A stretch of DNA of 64,000 bases from Selaginella moellendorffii (GCF_000143415.4 NW_003314262.1:4226021-4290020); one strand, 5' to 3'; shown: positions 33,581 to 48,260, counted from the first letter of the stretch. Numbers and translations: made by a program. Notes: generated by a model not told the origin, from the sequence alone.

Positions 33581-34868
33581 ATGGCTCTCACAGCAGCTCC
33601 AAAGTTCTACACCATCGAGTCCGCTGCTTATCCTGGCTATTGCATTACTCAGCAAGGCACCCAGATTGTTCTCAGGTCCAAGGACGCGCTCAACCCCTTC
33701 CAGGTAAAATCTTTGAAAATCTTTGCCGGTTGTCGATCATCATGGGAAACTCTTGTGCAGCTGTGGTACCGGGATGAGTCATGGAACTTGCTGAACCAGG
33801 ACTCCGCGTTCGTGTTTGTAAACCACGGCTCTAAGAAAGCTCTCCGGTCCCAGGCACACTCAACGTCTCGAAGCAAGGTAAACAGAAAACAGTATTCATA
33901 CTATACACTGTTGCTGATCATATGGAATTTTGATGGCAAAAGGCTACTATTGGAGACTATGATCCGGCAGTCCAAGACGATTATCTCCTGTGGCGTATTT
34001 CCGGGAGCCACGAAAATCAAGTCTTGATCACCATGACTGGAAACAAGTCATTTTTTCTGAGCCACACTTCCTCAAGTGCTAGCTTCAAGGATGGGGTGCC
34101 AGTGGTGACATCCAACAGCGATGGAAACTCTCACTGGAAGCTCGTCACTTACGGTAAGCTCATGAATCATATGATTTGTTCTTCTCGGTTGTGGCTCATA
34201 TATATGATGATGATGCACAGAGCCTTCTCAAGAGTACAGGATTCTATGCCACTGGGTTGGGCAGTACTTGACTTGGAAGCAGCAAAATGTGGATGTAACT
34301 TTCAAGAATGCAATCAAGCACAACGACGAGACAAATGTGGTGGCTATTCATCCAAGCAACGTTCCTCTCGACGGCATGGTTTGTACTTTTGTCGTTCTTT
34401 GTAATCTTATCTCATTCTATTTGATTACATATAGACATGGTACAAGGTTCCCGCTGGAGGAAGAGATGATACCACGTACTTCACCTCGTTCGTTCTCATA
34501 AACAAGGTGACTGGTCTTGCTCTCAAGGGGTCAACCAAGCCGGGAGACAAGGTAACTAGTGCACACTGTTGAAAACTTGAAGAAGTTTGCAAACTAAACG
34601 AATTGGATGATCATGGCAGGTGCTCTTGACTCAATATGATCCTCTCGACTACGGTTTCGTGTGGTCTGAGAACCGATTCCAGGCTTCACTCACGGACCAT
34701 CTCGCGATCAATCTGGATGGAACCAACTTGCAGTGGGCTCTGCAGAACGACGATCAGTACCAGAACAGTGCGTGGTATCATCCTCTCGTGCTTCGCCCGG
34801 CATCTGCAAACCAAGTATTTAATACGCAGCAGGCCTGGAAATTCAATCCAGTGGTGGCAGGGAATTGA
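33581..34868 (+). CDS. EUL-like lectin L2, apparently intact
   Basis: Same 6-exon layout as L1; in-frame 12 nt deletion in exon 2. Confidence 0.75.
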
Positions 34869-35079
34869 CTATCAGCCATGTTGTATACATAAGGGACACG
34901 CTTACCACTTTTCTTCTTGCAAATAACAAGACTTTTCACGGGAAAAAGAAGCTGAGCACTCCCCATTTGTTTCCTTTTCCCATGGAAGCCATGAGTTTTC
35001 GTTCATTTCCAGTGTCTGCAAGGATCGACGATTTAAGATAAAACAAAAACATTATGACTATCGACTATCATTCCATATA

Positions 35080-35700
35080 GACCATAAAACCATACATATC
35101 CACCGAGTCTAGAATTTACTACGTACCAGATCCCTTTGCAACCTCAAGCAGGTTTCTTACAACTCCACGAGCATCAACCGAAAACTCCGTTTCATGGCAA
35201 CATGCTTTGTGTATTTCTGTGAAATGTAAAATAAATAAATAAATCAACTTTTGTGAGCTCTCAGTAAGATGCAAGCTCTAGATGATTACCGTGGTCACTG
35301 GTGCCTCATTGTCTCAGATGACAATATCGCGAGCATCTATGTCCTTTCCAAACTCCGTCTTCCAAGTTTCCCACCTGTCTCAAACTGGCGCGGCCAAAAC
35401 AATGGCTTTGGCGATAGTATATGTTCTTGGAACAGTTAGCTGCACCCCTGCACAACGATATAAAAAACTTCCATCAACGTGAAGCTTAGCTTACAGTTGT
35501 GCTATTCGTTTCGCAGCGTAGTCCATCCAGCCATCGGGAAGTTTCCGATGCTGCAACCTCAAAGTGTTACTTCCAGAGCAATGAAGAGCAAGAAAGACCG
35601 ATCAATTCACATCCAACAATCGCGGCAAGATCTTGCCTCACCTTCGCAGATCAGGGACGCCAGCGCCGCAATCGCTGCCGGCTTCTTCTACGCCATTTCT
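35080..35700 (-). pseudogene. Collapsed GT29 sialyltransferase-like remnant
   Basis: Patchwork of matches to 31720-33150. Confidence 0.85.
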
Positions 35701-35736
35701 CGCTCCCTCCTCCCTCGCATTCTCTGTCAACCTAGC

Positions 35737-35785
35737 CAATCGCCTGCAGTCCGATAGGTGACTAGTTCGATCCTAGTTGCCTCCT
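35737..35785 (+). pseudogene. tRNA-Cys 3' half
   Basis: Anticodon arm, T arm and 3' acceptor strand only. Confidence 0.85.
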
Positions 35786-35867
35786 TATCCGATGAATCCC
35801 ATGCGCTCCACGAGGTTGTGGTGGTATAAAATGGGCCTAGATCTCAGAGTTACTCTAGATCTTAAGA

Positions 35868-37100
35868 ATGGAACCTCTCACAGCAGTTCCAAAGCTCTAC
35901 ACCATCGAGTCCACTGCTTATCCTGGCTACTGCATTACTCAGCAAGGCACCCAGATTGTTCTCAAGTTCAAGGATGCGCTCAATCCCTTCCAAGTATCAA
36001 TCTGTATCAATCCAGATCTAGCATCTTGGTTTTGATCTCTTGTGCAGCTCTGGTACAGGGATGAGTCATGGCAGTTCCTGGGCGAGGATAACAGTGACCT
36101 CTCCGCGTTGGTGTTTATAAACCACGGCTCCAAGAAAGCTCTTCGCTCCCAGTCATCCTCAACTTCCCGGAGCATTGCCAAGGTATATAAATCACTACAA
36201 GTTTGTCTCACACTTGAATTTTTCTCTATCCAGCTTACTGTTGGAGATTATGATCCGGCAGTCGAGAACAATTCTCTCCTCTGGTCTATTTCCGACGATC
36301 AAGTCTTCGTCACAGAGACTGGGAATTCGTCCGTGTTTTTGAGCCACACTTCGTCTTCGAGGTCCAGCTTTAAAGACGGGGTGCCAGTGGTGACATCTGC
36401 CCAGGGTGAAAACTCTAGGTGGAAGATCGTTGCTTATGGTAATCCTCTAGACTTGTGGTCAATTCCTTTTGATTTTCTCGTTGTGCTGCACAGTGCCTTC
36501 TCAAGTGTACAGGATTCTGTGTCACTGGTTTGGGAATTACTTGACTTGGAAGCAGCAAAATGTGGACGTAACTTTCAAGGATGCAATCAAGCACAACGAC
36601 TAGATAAACGTGGTGGCTGTTAGTCCAAACAACATTTCTCTCAACGGCATGGTTTGTGACTTTGTCTGATACTATCATCTTGGATCTCATTCGTATTATT
36701 GTAATAGGCATGGTTCAAGGTTCCTGCTGGTGGCCGAGACAATACCACGTACTTTACCTCGTTTATCCTAATAAACAAGACTGGTCTAGCACTCAGGAGA
36801 CAAGGTAAGTCCTAAAACTTTTGAAGGACTTTGCAAGCTAAACGAAAGATACCTTTTTCATGGCAGGTGCTCTTGACTCAATTTGATCCTCTCGACTACG
36901 GTTTTGTGTGGTCTGAGGACCGATTCCAGGCTTCAAACACGGACTACGTGGCCATCAATCTGGATGGAACGAACTTGCAGTGGTCTCTGCAGAACGACGA
37001 TCAGTACCAGAACAGTGCGTGGTATCATCCTCTCGTTCTTCGCCCAGGATATGTTGAGCAGCAGACCTGGAAATTCAATCCAGTGGTGAACAATGTTTAG
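35868..37100 (+). pseudogene. EUL-like lectin L3 with a premature TAG at 36601
   Basis: GAG>TAG in exon 4; deletions in exon 5. Confidence 0.8.
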
Positions 37101-39525
37101 CTGGGACTTTTATGTTCATAAATGAGATGAGAAGATGCTAGATCTATGCATGAATGTTCATATGAATAATTACACTTCTAAATGTTTAATCAGCTGCAGT
37201 ATGATCAATATGTCATCAGTTTTTCCCAACAAAACGAATGTGTTTTAGGTTGACAAAAATGGAGCTAGGTGAGCCAAGACGGTTTACTAAAAAATATTCT
37301 CTATTAGCGTTCTTCAAATATGCTAAAAATATTCTTAAAATTTGAAATATTTTGTCATTATAGCTATATATTAAATCATATATTAATAACAACTATACCT
37401 TATGTTGTAACTATAAACTATTTTATAATATAAGATATTATCATAATTACAAATTATATCTCAATCCTTACAAAATCCACACAATCTATACATATAGAAG
37501 TATTATGTTGCTTTCTCCTTCTCTCTCACTTTTTTGCCTTTCTTTCTTCATTCTCTTGTGTATGATCATTGATAATGAAAGTTGACTTCTCTTTAATACA
37601 CTTTAATACACTAAAAGATCGAATGGCTGTGAGTGGCACTACCTAAACCCAGAATTTAGGGTTGCCCGGAATCATTTAGAATTGACACTTCTATGGTTGT
37701 TACATCATAGCTCAATGCTTCTACTTTTGGAATTGACCAGCATTAGAATTACTCTAGAGCTTCCAAGATCGAGACCAAAAAAGTAAGTCAGGCATTGACA
37801 TTGAGTGCAATTTTCCTTTTTTCTTGCAGTTTCAATGTGACAAACAGGAAGAAGCCAGTCATAGGTGTCAGTAGCTAGAATGCTGGGAGAAGGTGTCTTG
37901 ATGGGCTGGCCACACAATCAATAATAGTGGCCACTAATTTGGCCCTAAACCACAGTAATCTGGCCTTAATAGACATTTGAGACGTGTTTGTTTGGGTTTG
38001 TGGACACCATTGAGCGGCAGAGCTGGAGCCAGAGCCAGCCTTCAACACGGCCAGAATCATCAGAGCCATGTTCTTCCGTAAGAGAGAACAAGCCCAAGGT
38101 GAGTTCTCAAAGCCATAGCTTGCAAACCCTATCCACCTCTCACAACCCAAGCGTCATTGTATTCTCCAAAACTTTGACGAGCTTCCCATTGAGCTCCTTG
38201 CCTTCTCCAGCTGCCAGGCCCTTGAAAGCAGCAGCATAGCTTGCATCATCTGTTACACAGTTGCCCACATCCTCATCAAGATGCATATACCTCCTAGTGC
38301 CTACTGGCTAAAACTTGAACTCTTCTAATGTTGCAAAAGCCTCCTTTAACTTGCCTCTTGTACCCTTGTTTCTGCTGTGCCACTTTGAGATTCTATAGCT
38401 GCTGGTGGTGGAATCTCTCCAACATGTTCTTCTTCATTTATACATTCTAAATATTGCATTGCTAGCCTTCAAAACATCCCCTCTTCCCTTGAAAAAGACT
38501 TCCCATCTTCTATGGAGTAAATTCAAAAGATTCCAAAAAATCTAAAACACAAACTTGTCATTATTGAAAATGACATGAATTGATATGCCCTTTCACAAAA
38601 CACGTAAGAGGTGTCCTCTAGCAACTCTTCCAATGGTTTGTATGTGTGCCTCTCATTGATATCCATTCAATATGTATAAGTGGATCATCCAAAATTGTAT
38701 TTGTAGCAGATGGATTGGAGCAAGGTGAACATTAAATTTTTCTCTTGAGTTGCCCAGGGCCACTATGTTCCCAGCCAATTGCAAGATTCCCTTGCCCAGC
38801 TCATCAAGCCTTTTCTTGCATCAAAACTCTTCTCTGGCTGCTCCAACTCTTTGGAGATGTCCTCCAACAGCATAGCTAATTGGAGGTACTCACCATGCAT
38901 GAAAGGTTTGTGCTTTGGTTTTTCATGTGCAGTGAAAGAGTCTACAGAATTTAGCCAAGCTCTCCCACTCAAGCAAACAGTTCAGATATTCTTCAACACA
39001 CTTAGATAGCAACAACAAGGCTTGAATTGCAATTGTTCGAAAAGATTTTACTAAAATGAAAACACACTAATTCCTAAAACCAAAGTGTTGCAGTTTTCCA
39101 AGAAGCAAACCTGACCTCCCATCACTCCAGCAGCACCTCCAAGATTGAAATTCTTGAATGATGCTACCATGTTTAACTCATGACATCCTTTTTACATGCT
39201 TTTAGCGTATTGATCTTATGCTAAACTCTTGAGATCTCCAATTCTTTCCTATCAAAATTCTGATCTCCCACTACAACAATGATGGTTTGCTACCACCTCC
39301 ATACTTTGCTAGTGAAGCTTCTAGACCTCCCATGTTGATCAAACCATAGTTTACACTCTCCAACCTTGATCTTAACAATAAGATACAAGAATAAATAAAA
39401 GAAAACATGACAAAAAGAAACTGTATGCTATTGACTTGAACCTTTAAAAATAGTATGCGGCATAGTTTTGAGCTTAATCTCAGTCCAGCTTCTATATTCT
39501 CTGGAATGTTTCTAAGATTTTAAGA

Positions 39526-40686
39526 ATGGCTCTCATAGCAGCTCCAAAGTTCTACAGCATCGAGTCCATTGCTTATCTTGGCTACTTCATTACTCAGCAC
39601 GGCACCCAGATTGTTCTCAAGTCCAAGGACGTGCTCAGTCCCTTCTGATCATCAAACTAAATGATCTTTGTCCTTGTGCAGTTGTGGTACAGAGACGAGT
39701 CTTGGCAGTACCTGAGCAGGATGTCACTGGCCTTCTCTGCTCCCAGTTATCCTCAACATCTCGGAGCGTTGTCAAGGTATAAAGTACTGCATGCTTGTCT
39801 CACACTTCATTGGTCTAAATGAAATCTTCAAGGCAACTGTTGGAGACTATGATCCGGTAGTTGAGGACGATCCTCTCCTCTGGTCTGTATCCGCAAGCTC
39901 GGACGATCAAGTCTCCATCACAATGACTGGGAATTCGTCCGTGTTCTTGAGCCACACTTCTTCAAGTTCCAGCTTTAAAGACGGGGTGCCAGTGGTGACA
40001 TCCACCCATGGTGGAAACTCCCAGTGGAAGCTCGTCACTTACGGTAAGCTCATGAATCATATGACTTGCTCGTCTCGGTTATGCTTATATAATCTCTTTG
40101 TGCCACAGTGCCTTCTCAAGATCACACTGGTTTCGAAATTACTTGACTTGGAAGCAGCAAAATGTGGACGTAACTTTCAAGGATGCAATCAAGCACAACG
40201 ACGAGACAAACGTGGTCCAAACAACATTTCTCTTGACGGCATGGTTTGTAACTTCGATCTGACACTATCATCTTGGATCTCACATGTGTTATCATAATAG
40301 ATATGGTACAAGGTTCCCGCCGGAGGCCGAGACGATACCACGTACTTCACCGTTCAGACTGGTTTAGCACTCAAAGGGTCGACAAAGCCGGGAGACAAGG
40401 TACTCTTCGAGGAACCTTTGCAAACTAAACTTGGACGATCATCGCAGGTGCTCTTGACTCAATATGATCCTCTCGACTACGGTTTCGTGTGGTCTGAGAA
40501 CCGATTCCAGGCTTCAAACACGGACTATCTCGCGATCAATCTGGATGGAACAAACTTGCAGTGGGCTCTGCAGAACGATGACCAGTACCAGAACAGTGCG
40601 TGGTACCATCCTCTCACGCTCCGCCCGGCATCTGCAAACCAAAGCAGCAGGCCTGGAAATTCAATCCAGTGGTGGCAGGCAGTTAA
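39526..40686 (+). pseudogene. EUL-like lectin L4 pseudogene
   Basis: TTC TGA at the end of exon 1, lost splice donor, several deletions. Confidence 0.85.
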
Positions 40687-40745
40687 CCATGAACCATGAT
40701 GAACCATGCTGAACTCATTACCAGTTTTCTTCTTGCAAATAAAAC

Positions 40746-41362
40746 TCCCTGTTTGATTATGATCGGCTCGATCATCGTCTCCGCAAACACGATAATCTCA
40801 GGCTAATCTCCGGCAAGATCGCCTCAGCTCGCAGGATCTTCGAGATGTCCCGCGACTTCGTAAGCCCAGAGCGGCGATGTCTAGATTCTTCCACTCCATG
40901 CCCGCTCGCAGCGGCGTCTTGTGCTCCAGGCCTGGGCAGAAAGATCTTGTTGGATCGAAGTCCTGTCTCTTGGAACTGTCTCTTGGGTGATCGCGATTTA
41001 CGGCCAAGCTGGTCGCATCGTCCGGTCCCTCAAGATCATTCACAGCTTCCACCGGAAAGGAATGCTGCCGGATCAAGCCACGTTCGTCTGCGTTCTAGCT
41101 GCGTGTAGCCACGCTGGTCTGCTCGAAGTTGCGTACGAGAACTTCTGCTCCATCACTGTGAACTACGGGCTTTCCTTGCTCGAAGATCACTGCCGCTGCA
41201 TGGTTGATCTCCTCGGATGCTCAGGCCAGCAGGAAGAGGCCGATGCATGCCATCGCAGCCGGGGAGCTCTGCCTGGACGAGCCTGTTAGCTTCTTGCCGG
41301 ATCCATAGTGACGCACGGCGAGCTGCCAGAGCCGGGCGGTATGCTAAAGCGCCAGTTTTGCG
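40746..41362 (+). pseudogene. Second deleted PPR 3' copy
   Basis: Near-identical to 30491-31100. Confidence 0.9.
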
Positions 41363-41378
41363 TCCTCGTCGAGAGTCA

Positions 41379-43400
41379 CTAAGATTTTTTTCGTTTCCCA
41401 TGGCTGCGCTGCTGCTCCTGTTGTGGTCTGATGCACACCAGGTCCTCGAGCTTGTTGCCATCGATCTTGTACATCGTGACGCCTTCCATGGCGCGGTAAT
41501 GGTGTTGAGCTTCACTTCTCAGGGAGTTCACGCTTGTTTTCTCCCACTTTGCGTAGTTTGAGTTCTTGCGGGTCTCGCTCATGTCTTTTGATCCTGACAG
41601 GCGTCCATTTCGAGATGAACTTCCCCATACTTTGCAGTTCTTGAAAGCTCCCAGGTCTTTGCCTGGCTTTCGTTTGAGTCCCATTGCTGCGTAGTAGGCT
41701 GCGTTTACTGTCGCTCGGGTCGGAATGACCGACCAGTCTTGCTTTCTGGCTTCTCGCATTGGAGAATACAGCCTCATTGTCTGTATACACGGAGACTATC
41801 AATGATAATCCATAGTCGTTTTTCTTACCCCGAGGCATTCCAACAGTTGATAGTAGGCTCTGCCTTGTAGTGGATTGTGCCCCTTGCAAGGAGCCGAGAA
41901 GTAACGAGTCCTATAGATGAAAAGAATGGTACAATGATAAGAAGTTGGAAGGAGTGTGAGTCAATACCATTCCGTGTAGCCTGGATCCACCGTAAAACCA
42001 TACATATCCACCGAGTCACACATTGACAAGGCGAGCTCCAAAGACTTAATGCCTGTCCCTTTCGCTCCCCGACGGAAAACTACACCTTGGAACAAGTAGA
42101 CAGGATTCGGAAGCTGTAAAAGATAAAACTCAGTTAGCAAACCGCATAGCAAGCGTCAAAGGCCCTATCACTTTTATTTTAGCGTTGAAGTCCCGATGGA
42201 TAACACTCTTGATAATCAACACTTCATCATCTGCAAAAATCCTCTTTTGCATTAAGCCAGAGACTTCTACTACGTACCAGATCCCTTTGCAACCTCAAGC
42301 AGGTTTCTTACTACTCCATGAGCCATCAATCGAAAACTCCGTTTCATGCCAACATGCTTTGCGTATTTCTGTGAAATGAAAGCACCTTTTGCGAGCTCAG
42401 TAGTACGCAACCTTTGTGAGGTGATTACCGTGGTCACTGGTGCCTCATTGTCTCGGATGACAATATCGTGAGCATCTATCTCCTTTCCAAACTCCGTCTT
42501 TAAGAGGTCTTCCGAGTTTCCCACCACCGCACACGTCCTAAACTGGCGCGGCCAAAACGGTGGCTTTGGCGGTAGTATCAACTCGAGATGTTCTTCGCAC
42601 AGGCTTCGATTGGAACAGTTAGCTGCACCCCTGCACAACTAGATTAAAAACTTCCATCAACATCAAGCTTAGTTTACAGTTGAGCTATTCGTTTTGCAGC
42701 GTAGTCCATCCACCCATCGGGACGTGCATCCAGATACTCGCGAGTCAATATCGTTGTGACGTTTCGATACTGCAAACTCAAAAGTGTTATTTGAATCAAG
42801 AGCAAAATTTGCAGCAAAGTACCTGTTCCCACAGGAGCAGCGTCTCGCAGACGTCAAATTCATATTCCAGTGGCTTGTAGATTTTAAACTGCTCATTACG
42901 CACCGTGAAGGATGCTTGCAAGATCGTTCTGAAATATCCGGAGGGAACAAATAGTACCTGGGTAAGTAACTAGAAATGTTTTTGCGTGATCGAAGCTTAC
43001 AAGTTTACTCGGTACATGCAGTCAATCCAAGCCCATTTCTTTCCTGTAAAAAGAAAGCATTGAAGTATCACTACTCTCCAACGAAGAAAACAAAGGCAAG
43101 AACATATAAGATCGAGAAAACTTACCACGCATTTTTGGACTTGGCGCTGGAACGAACCAAGCGTAGAAGCGTCTCGATCTCACAAGAAAAAGAAAAATCC
43201 TGGGCGCTGCAAGCCTACATTTCTCCCGCAACAAAGATCGATCGATCCACATCCAACAATCGCAGCGAGATACCTTCCAAGAAGAAGAGTCCTTGGGGCG
43301 CCAGGAAGAGGAGGCAGATCAGGGACACCAGCGCCGCAATCGCGAGTGGGAGCGACAGTAGCAAGGCTCGCTGCTTCTTGGGCGGCTGCTTCCACGCCAT
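41379..43400 (-). pseudogene. GT29 sialyltransferase-like copy disabled by a 115 bp inversion
   Basis: Collinear with 31117-33150 except 42902-43016 is inverted; VGNSG changed to VGNSE. Confidence 0.88.
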
Positions 43401-43486
43401 TTTTCTCCTACGCACTGATCAAGCGAGCTCCTCCCTGTAAACCTAGCTGTCAGATTAAAGCAGACTCAGTTAATTAACATGTTAAT

Positions 43487-43558
43487 GGAGGTATAGCTCA
43501 GCGGTAGAGCAATCGGCTGCAGTCCGATAGGTCACCAGTTCAATCCTGGTTGCCTCCT
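43487..43558 (+). tRNA. tRNA-Cys(GCA)
   Basis: Full cloverleaf: GGAGGTA/TGCCTCC, GCTC/GAGC, ATCGG-CTGCAGT-CCGAT, ACCAG-TTCAATC-CTGGT. Confidence 0.93.
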
Positions 43559-44631
43559 TCGCCAAATAATTTCTTCTAACAAGACAAATCTGTCAGCGAT
43601 AAAATAATGATTTTGAAGTTTTTATATGTATTTTTTAACTTACATTTATTATTATTACTAATTTTCATCTTTTTATGACTTTACCCTTATCAATAAATAA
43701 ATTTAATATTATGAGTGCTTGGAATATGGAAAGGGAATACAGAAATGTGTATATCAATTAGCCCAAAAACTCAAGCTTATATACAAGAGCAAGTTGTCCG
43801 GATTGAAACAAATCCGATAGCTACCAAAATCCCACTACACTAATATTAATATACAGTATCGTAGCTATACACTTGGCCCTCACATCATCTCCTCCTCTCG
43901 GAATAATGGAAGACTATCAGGGTTCTCTTGTAGATGGGCTAGGATCTGGAGGAATGTCAGGAGGAGGTATCGGCAGATCTGTAGGTGGTATTAATTGCTC
44001 CTGATCCCTTTGTATGAAGCGTTTCAACCGCTGCACATGCACAATCTCTGAAGGATCGGCTTGCTGGACATTATGCCGAACCTCATAAACTTGTGGTCCA
44101 ACTTGCCGCAACACTCGATACGGTTCTTTCCACTGTGCAAGGAGCCCCTTAGATAAACCACATATCGTAAGATGGGGAAAACGGACTAACACTAAATCAT
44201 CCACTTTGTACTCCGTAGGTGGACGATGATGGGAGTTGTACTGCCGTTGTTGTCCCACGTGTACACGGCCTAAGTGTTCGGCAGACTCCGCTCGGACAAG
44301 TGGAAGAATGGTCATCAAATACTGATCCCACGACCTAGCATCTGCAACTCGTGGCAATCACGAAGGTAAACCTAGCTTCGTTGGTAATATTGGATCATGA
44401 CCATATAAAAGTTTATATGGTGAAACACCAACAGAACTCTACACCCCTGTGATATATGCATATCGAAGAGATGGCAAATAACCATCCCAATCCGAATGCT
44501 AAAAGTTCACATACTTCGCAATCATCCTCTTAAATGTCTGAACGAGCCATTCCACCAGATCATCTGATTGTGGATGATAAGCACTCGTGAAAGTGTGGCA
44601 TATCCCCAGCCGAGACGTCAAAACATGAAAT

Positions 44632-45788
44632 TGTAAGGAACCGACTCCCCGAGATGTCGTAGGCTAAAGGATCCCCAAAAGCTTGACCAAAATGACAAAG
44701 AGTTCATCGGATGGGACCAAGTCGAGGATCGAGTCCAAGACCGACTCTAGGACCGAGTTTGAGATAGAGTCCGGAATCGAGTCCAAGACCGACTCGGGGA
44801 CCGAGTTCGAGTCCGAGTTCGAGACCGAGTTCGAGACGGAGTCCGAGATCCGAAATCGGGTCCGAGACCGAGTCCGAGGTCGAGTCCGAGGTCGGGTCCG
44901 AGGTCGGGTCCGAGATCGAGTCCGAGATCGAGTCCGAGACCGAATCCGAAGTCGGATCTGAAATCGGGTCCGAGATCGAGCCAGAGACTAAGTCCAAATA
45001 CTAATACGGGTCAAGGGGTGAAAGCCCAAAGCGTGTGTCTCCCAGGGGGGGGGGCTGCAGGGGGTTCCAAAAGTATAGTAGGGATAGTGAGGTCCAGGAA
45101 CCAGTTTTGAAGGGACTCTCCAGTTGGGCTTCCAAACCGACTTGAGGTTAAGACTGGGACCGAGGGGCCTTGGGTGGGAGTGAGCATGGACTTGGCTGGT
45201 GCCGGAGGGGCCATCCAAGGAAGTGCTCAAGAGCAGCTCCCACTCCCGAAAGGGAAACCGACTGCGGTGCTCCCGGCTCAGGTGGAGTGGTGCCCCACTT
45301 GAGTACCTTGTGGCTCATTGGTCCTCGCCCTTCCGGGGGCTTGGGCCTTCCCTTCGGGATGGAAGAGGGGGGGTAGAGGTACCCATACCGAGCCGTGAGG
45401 CCACGGTGTTTTGCCCCGACGTCCCGAAGCAAGTGCTGCACCCAAGACTTGGGATTTAGAGGGTCCCATGATCAAGTCTTGTGGTACCAAGGGGTGTTAG
45501 GAATCTGGAGGCTTGGTGTGCTTGGCTGTTTGTGCCTGCGGGGAGTGTAGCCGAACCTTAAGTCCAGTCTAACCCGGGGAGGGGGATTGGGAGAGATTTG
45601 GGAATCCGTAGATGGATGGCTAACACTCCGTTGCTCGTGCAGTAAGTAGCTGAAACCAAGTAGGACCAAGTAGGAGCTGGTACCATAGGCGGGAACCTTG
45701 GCGAGGGAACTTAGCACAAGCCAAGGCAGAGTTTGTTGGATAGACGAGGTAAGCTGGCAAATTGGAAAAGAAAAACTTGTGGCTTACA
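44632..45788 (+). mobile_element. Solo LTR of family A
   Basis: Matches 11003-12160; 5-bp TSD GAAAT. Confidence 0.96.
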
Positions 45789-46487
45789 GAAATGCATCAG
45801 TCATAAATGCGGGACCATTATCCGAAAGAATCCGCTCTAGACAAAAATGCTGGAACACCACTCGACTGAGGAGGAAGTATCCAATAGCAGTTACAAAGGC
45901 ACTAGCAAAAGCACCAACTTCCACCCAATGAGTCAAGTAGTTAGAAGTAATAATAACATACTCATTGCCAGCACTCAACCATGGAAAAGGTCCCATAAGA
46001 TCAAATGCCACCAACTCAAACGCACGGGAAACTGTAATTGACTCCAACTGTCCTTCTGCAGCCCGAGGGGGAGTATTACGAGCTTGGCACCAAATACAGT
46101 TACGCACATACCGAATAATATCACGTCGCATCTCCGGCCAATAGAAAGACCTGCGTAGCTTCTCAATTACATGACGATGTCCCATATGCCCATCTAGAAT
46201 AGGAGAATCATGGTAGGCATGGAGAAACCGCGGAATAAAGATAGAAAGCACCACCAGCCGTAAATGATTATCAGGATCCGTCCCTATAAAATAAAGAAGG
46301 CTGTCTTTGAGGCAATATTGAGAATGTAAATGCCGGAAAGGCAAGTCATCAGCAAGTGATGCAGGATTCTCAAACCCATCTCGAAGCCTTCAAATCCACG
46401 GCTCAAGCTTTTGAGCCTCGTTAACCTCACCAAGAGAAGGTAGATTTTGCTCTGCACCTTGTGGACACTGAACGTCAAGTACAGCAA

Positions 46488-48260
46488 TGTAAGCGACTAA
46501 ATTTTCCATTCTACTTTAGTTACTTAACCACACCTCCGACCACTTGGAGGAGTCTCATTCACAACCTCCATAAGTCCAATCCAGGACTTGGGACTTGCTA
46601 GCCCTGAGAATGGCATCCATGCCACTCAACATTTGCACTTGGTCCAAGTGCTCCACGTGTCCGATCCCATGACCGACACTCAAAGGTACCACCGACATAG
46701 CAGCCTGTTACGCTAAGGCCATGCCCAATCACCTTTGCCACACTGGTAGTCCAATACCCCTTGCATCACAGTCTTGGCTCCCCAAGACTAGGCAAACCAT
46801 CCGTGAGTGGTCATCTCAGATCCACTCCTTAGCATCCTTAGGATGCCCACCGACAAGGGGAATAGCCTTCCCCAATATCCCTCTGTCAGTCCCCACTAAG
46901 TCCCTTTCTGCCCCTGGCCGTGTTTGCCAACACTGCCACTGGACCGAGACCCACAGGCCCGACCACTAAGTCCCACGGTCCTCTGGGACTTCCTCACCAC
47001 ACGACTGTGTCCTTGGTCACTACCCCAGAGGACTGCTCCTCTTCCTTTCCACAGTCTGGGCCTTTGGGACAACATTTCGGAACACCGTGGCCTTACGCGA
47101 GCCACCTAGGTACTCTCCTCGCCTTCTGCCCTTGGGTGCTCTAGCCATGGGCTTAGAGCGGGTTCCATTGAGCCACACTAGGTATCCAAGTAGGTAGTGC
47201 CACCCACACTTGGACTGGGAGCATCGGCCAGTCGATCTCCCGGGGGAACTAGAGCCGGCCCTTGAACACTTCACCAAGCTACCCCGCTTGTCGGTCTGTG
47301 TTCACTCTAGTCTTGGACTTCCCAGTGGGCAGCTCATCACCCAACACTGGGTCTGGCCTTCCTGGGCCAAACTGGCCTTTCCTGGCCAAACTGGCTCCAC
47401 TGCAGTCCTCCCCCTACTATACTTTTGGGGCTCACCAAACCCCCCAGGGTCTGGGAGACGAACGCTTTGGGCTTTCACCCTCTCAGGCTCCGGACTCGGA
47501 CTCGGACTCGGACTCGGACTCGGACTCGGATTCGGACTCGGACTCGGGCTCGGGCTTGGTCTCGGCCTCGGCCTCGGTCTCGGTCTCGGTCCCGATCTCG
47601 GTCTCGGTCTCGGTCTCGGTCCCGGTCTCGGTCCCGGTCTCGGTCCCGGTCTCGGTCTCGACTTCGGACTCCATCTCGGACTCCATCTCGGACTCCATCT
47701 CGGGTCCATCTCGGGTCCATCTCGGACTCCATCTCGGACTCCATTTCGGGTCCATCTCGGGTCCACCTCGGACTCCATCTCGGACTCCATCTCGGACTCC
47801 ATCTCGGGTCCATCTCGGACTCCACTTCAGACTCCAACTCGGGTCCATCTCGGGTCCACCTCGGACTCCATCTCGGACTCCACTTCGGACTCCAACTCGG
47901 GTCCATCTCGGGTCCACCTCGGACTCCACTTCGGACTCCAACTCGGGTCCATCTCGGACTCCACTTCGGACTCCAACTCGGGTCCATCTCGGACTCCACT
48001 TCGGACTCCAACTCGAGTCCATCTCGGACACTCCCACGTGTCATGTGTTGGTCCTTTTGGGTCCCTTTTTGGAGCCTTGCCTTTTGCTCGCTTCGTGCTC
48101 GTTCCTCGAGCACTTTGTTGGGAGTTCCACTCCCGCTCTTGACTTTTCAAGTCGGAGCTTCTGGTCCAAACGTGTTACGCTCGTTTGGCTCTCGCTTCGG
48201 CCACTACCATGTGGCGCCCTTCCGGCTCCACTTTGGGGCCTAGGGATTTTGTGTCTCATA
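46488..48260 (-). mobile_element. Solo LTR of family B
   Basis: Matches 15951-17646; 5-bp TSD AGCAA. Confidence 0.95.

Noticed and set aside
37642-37663. Interstitial telomere (CCTAAACCC..TTTAGGGTT)
   Set aside because: Single units only; could be chance or a telo-box.
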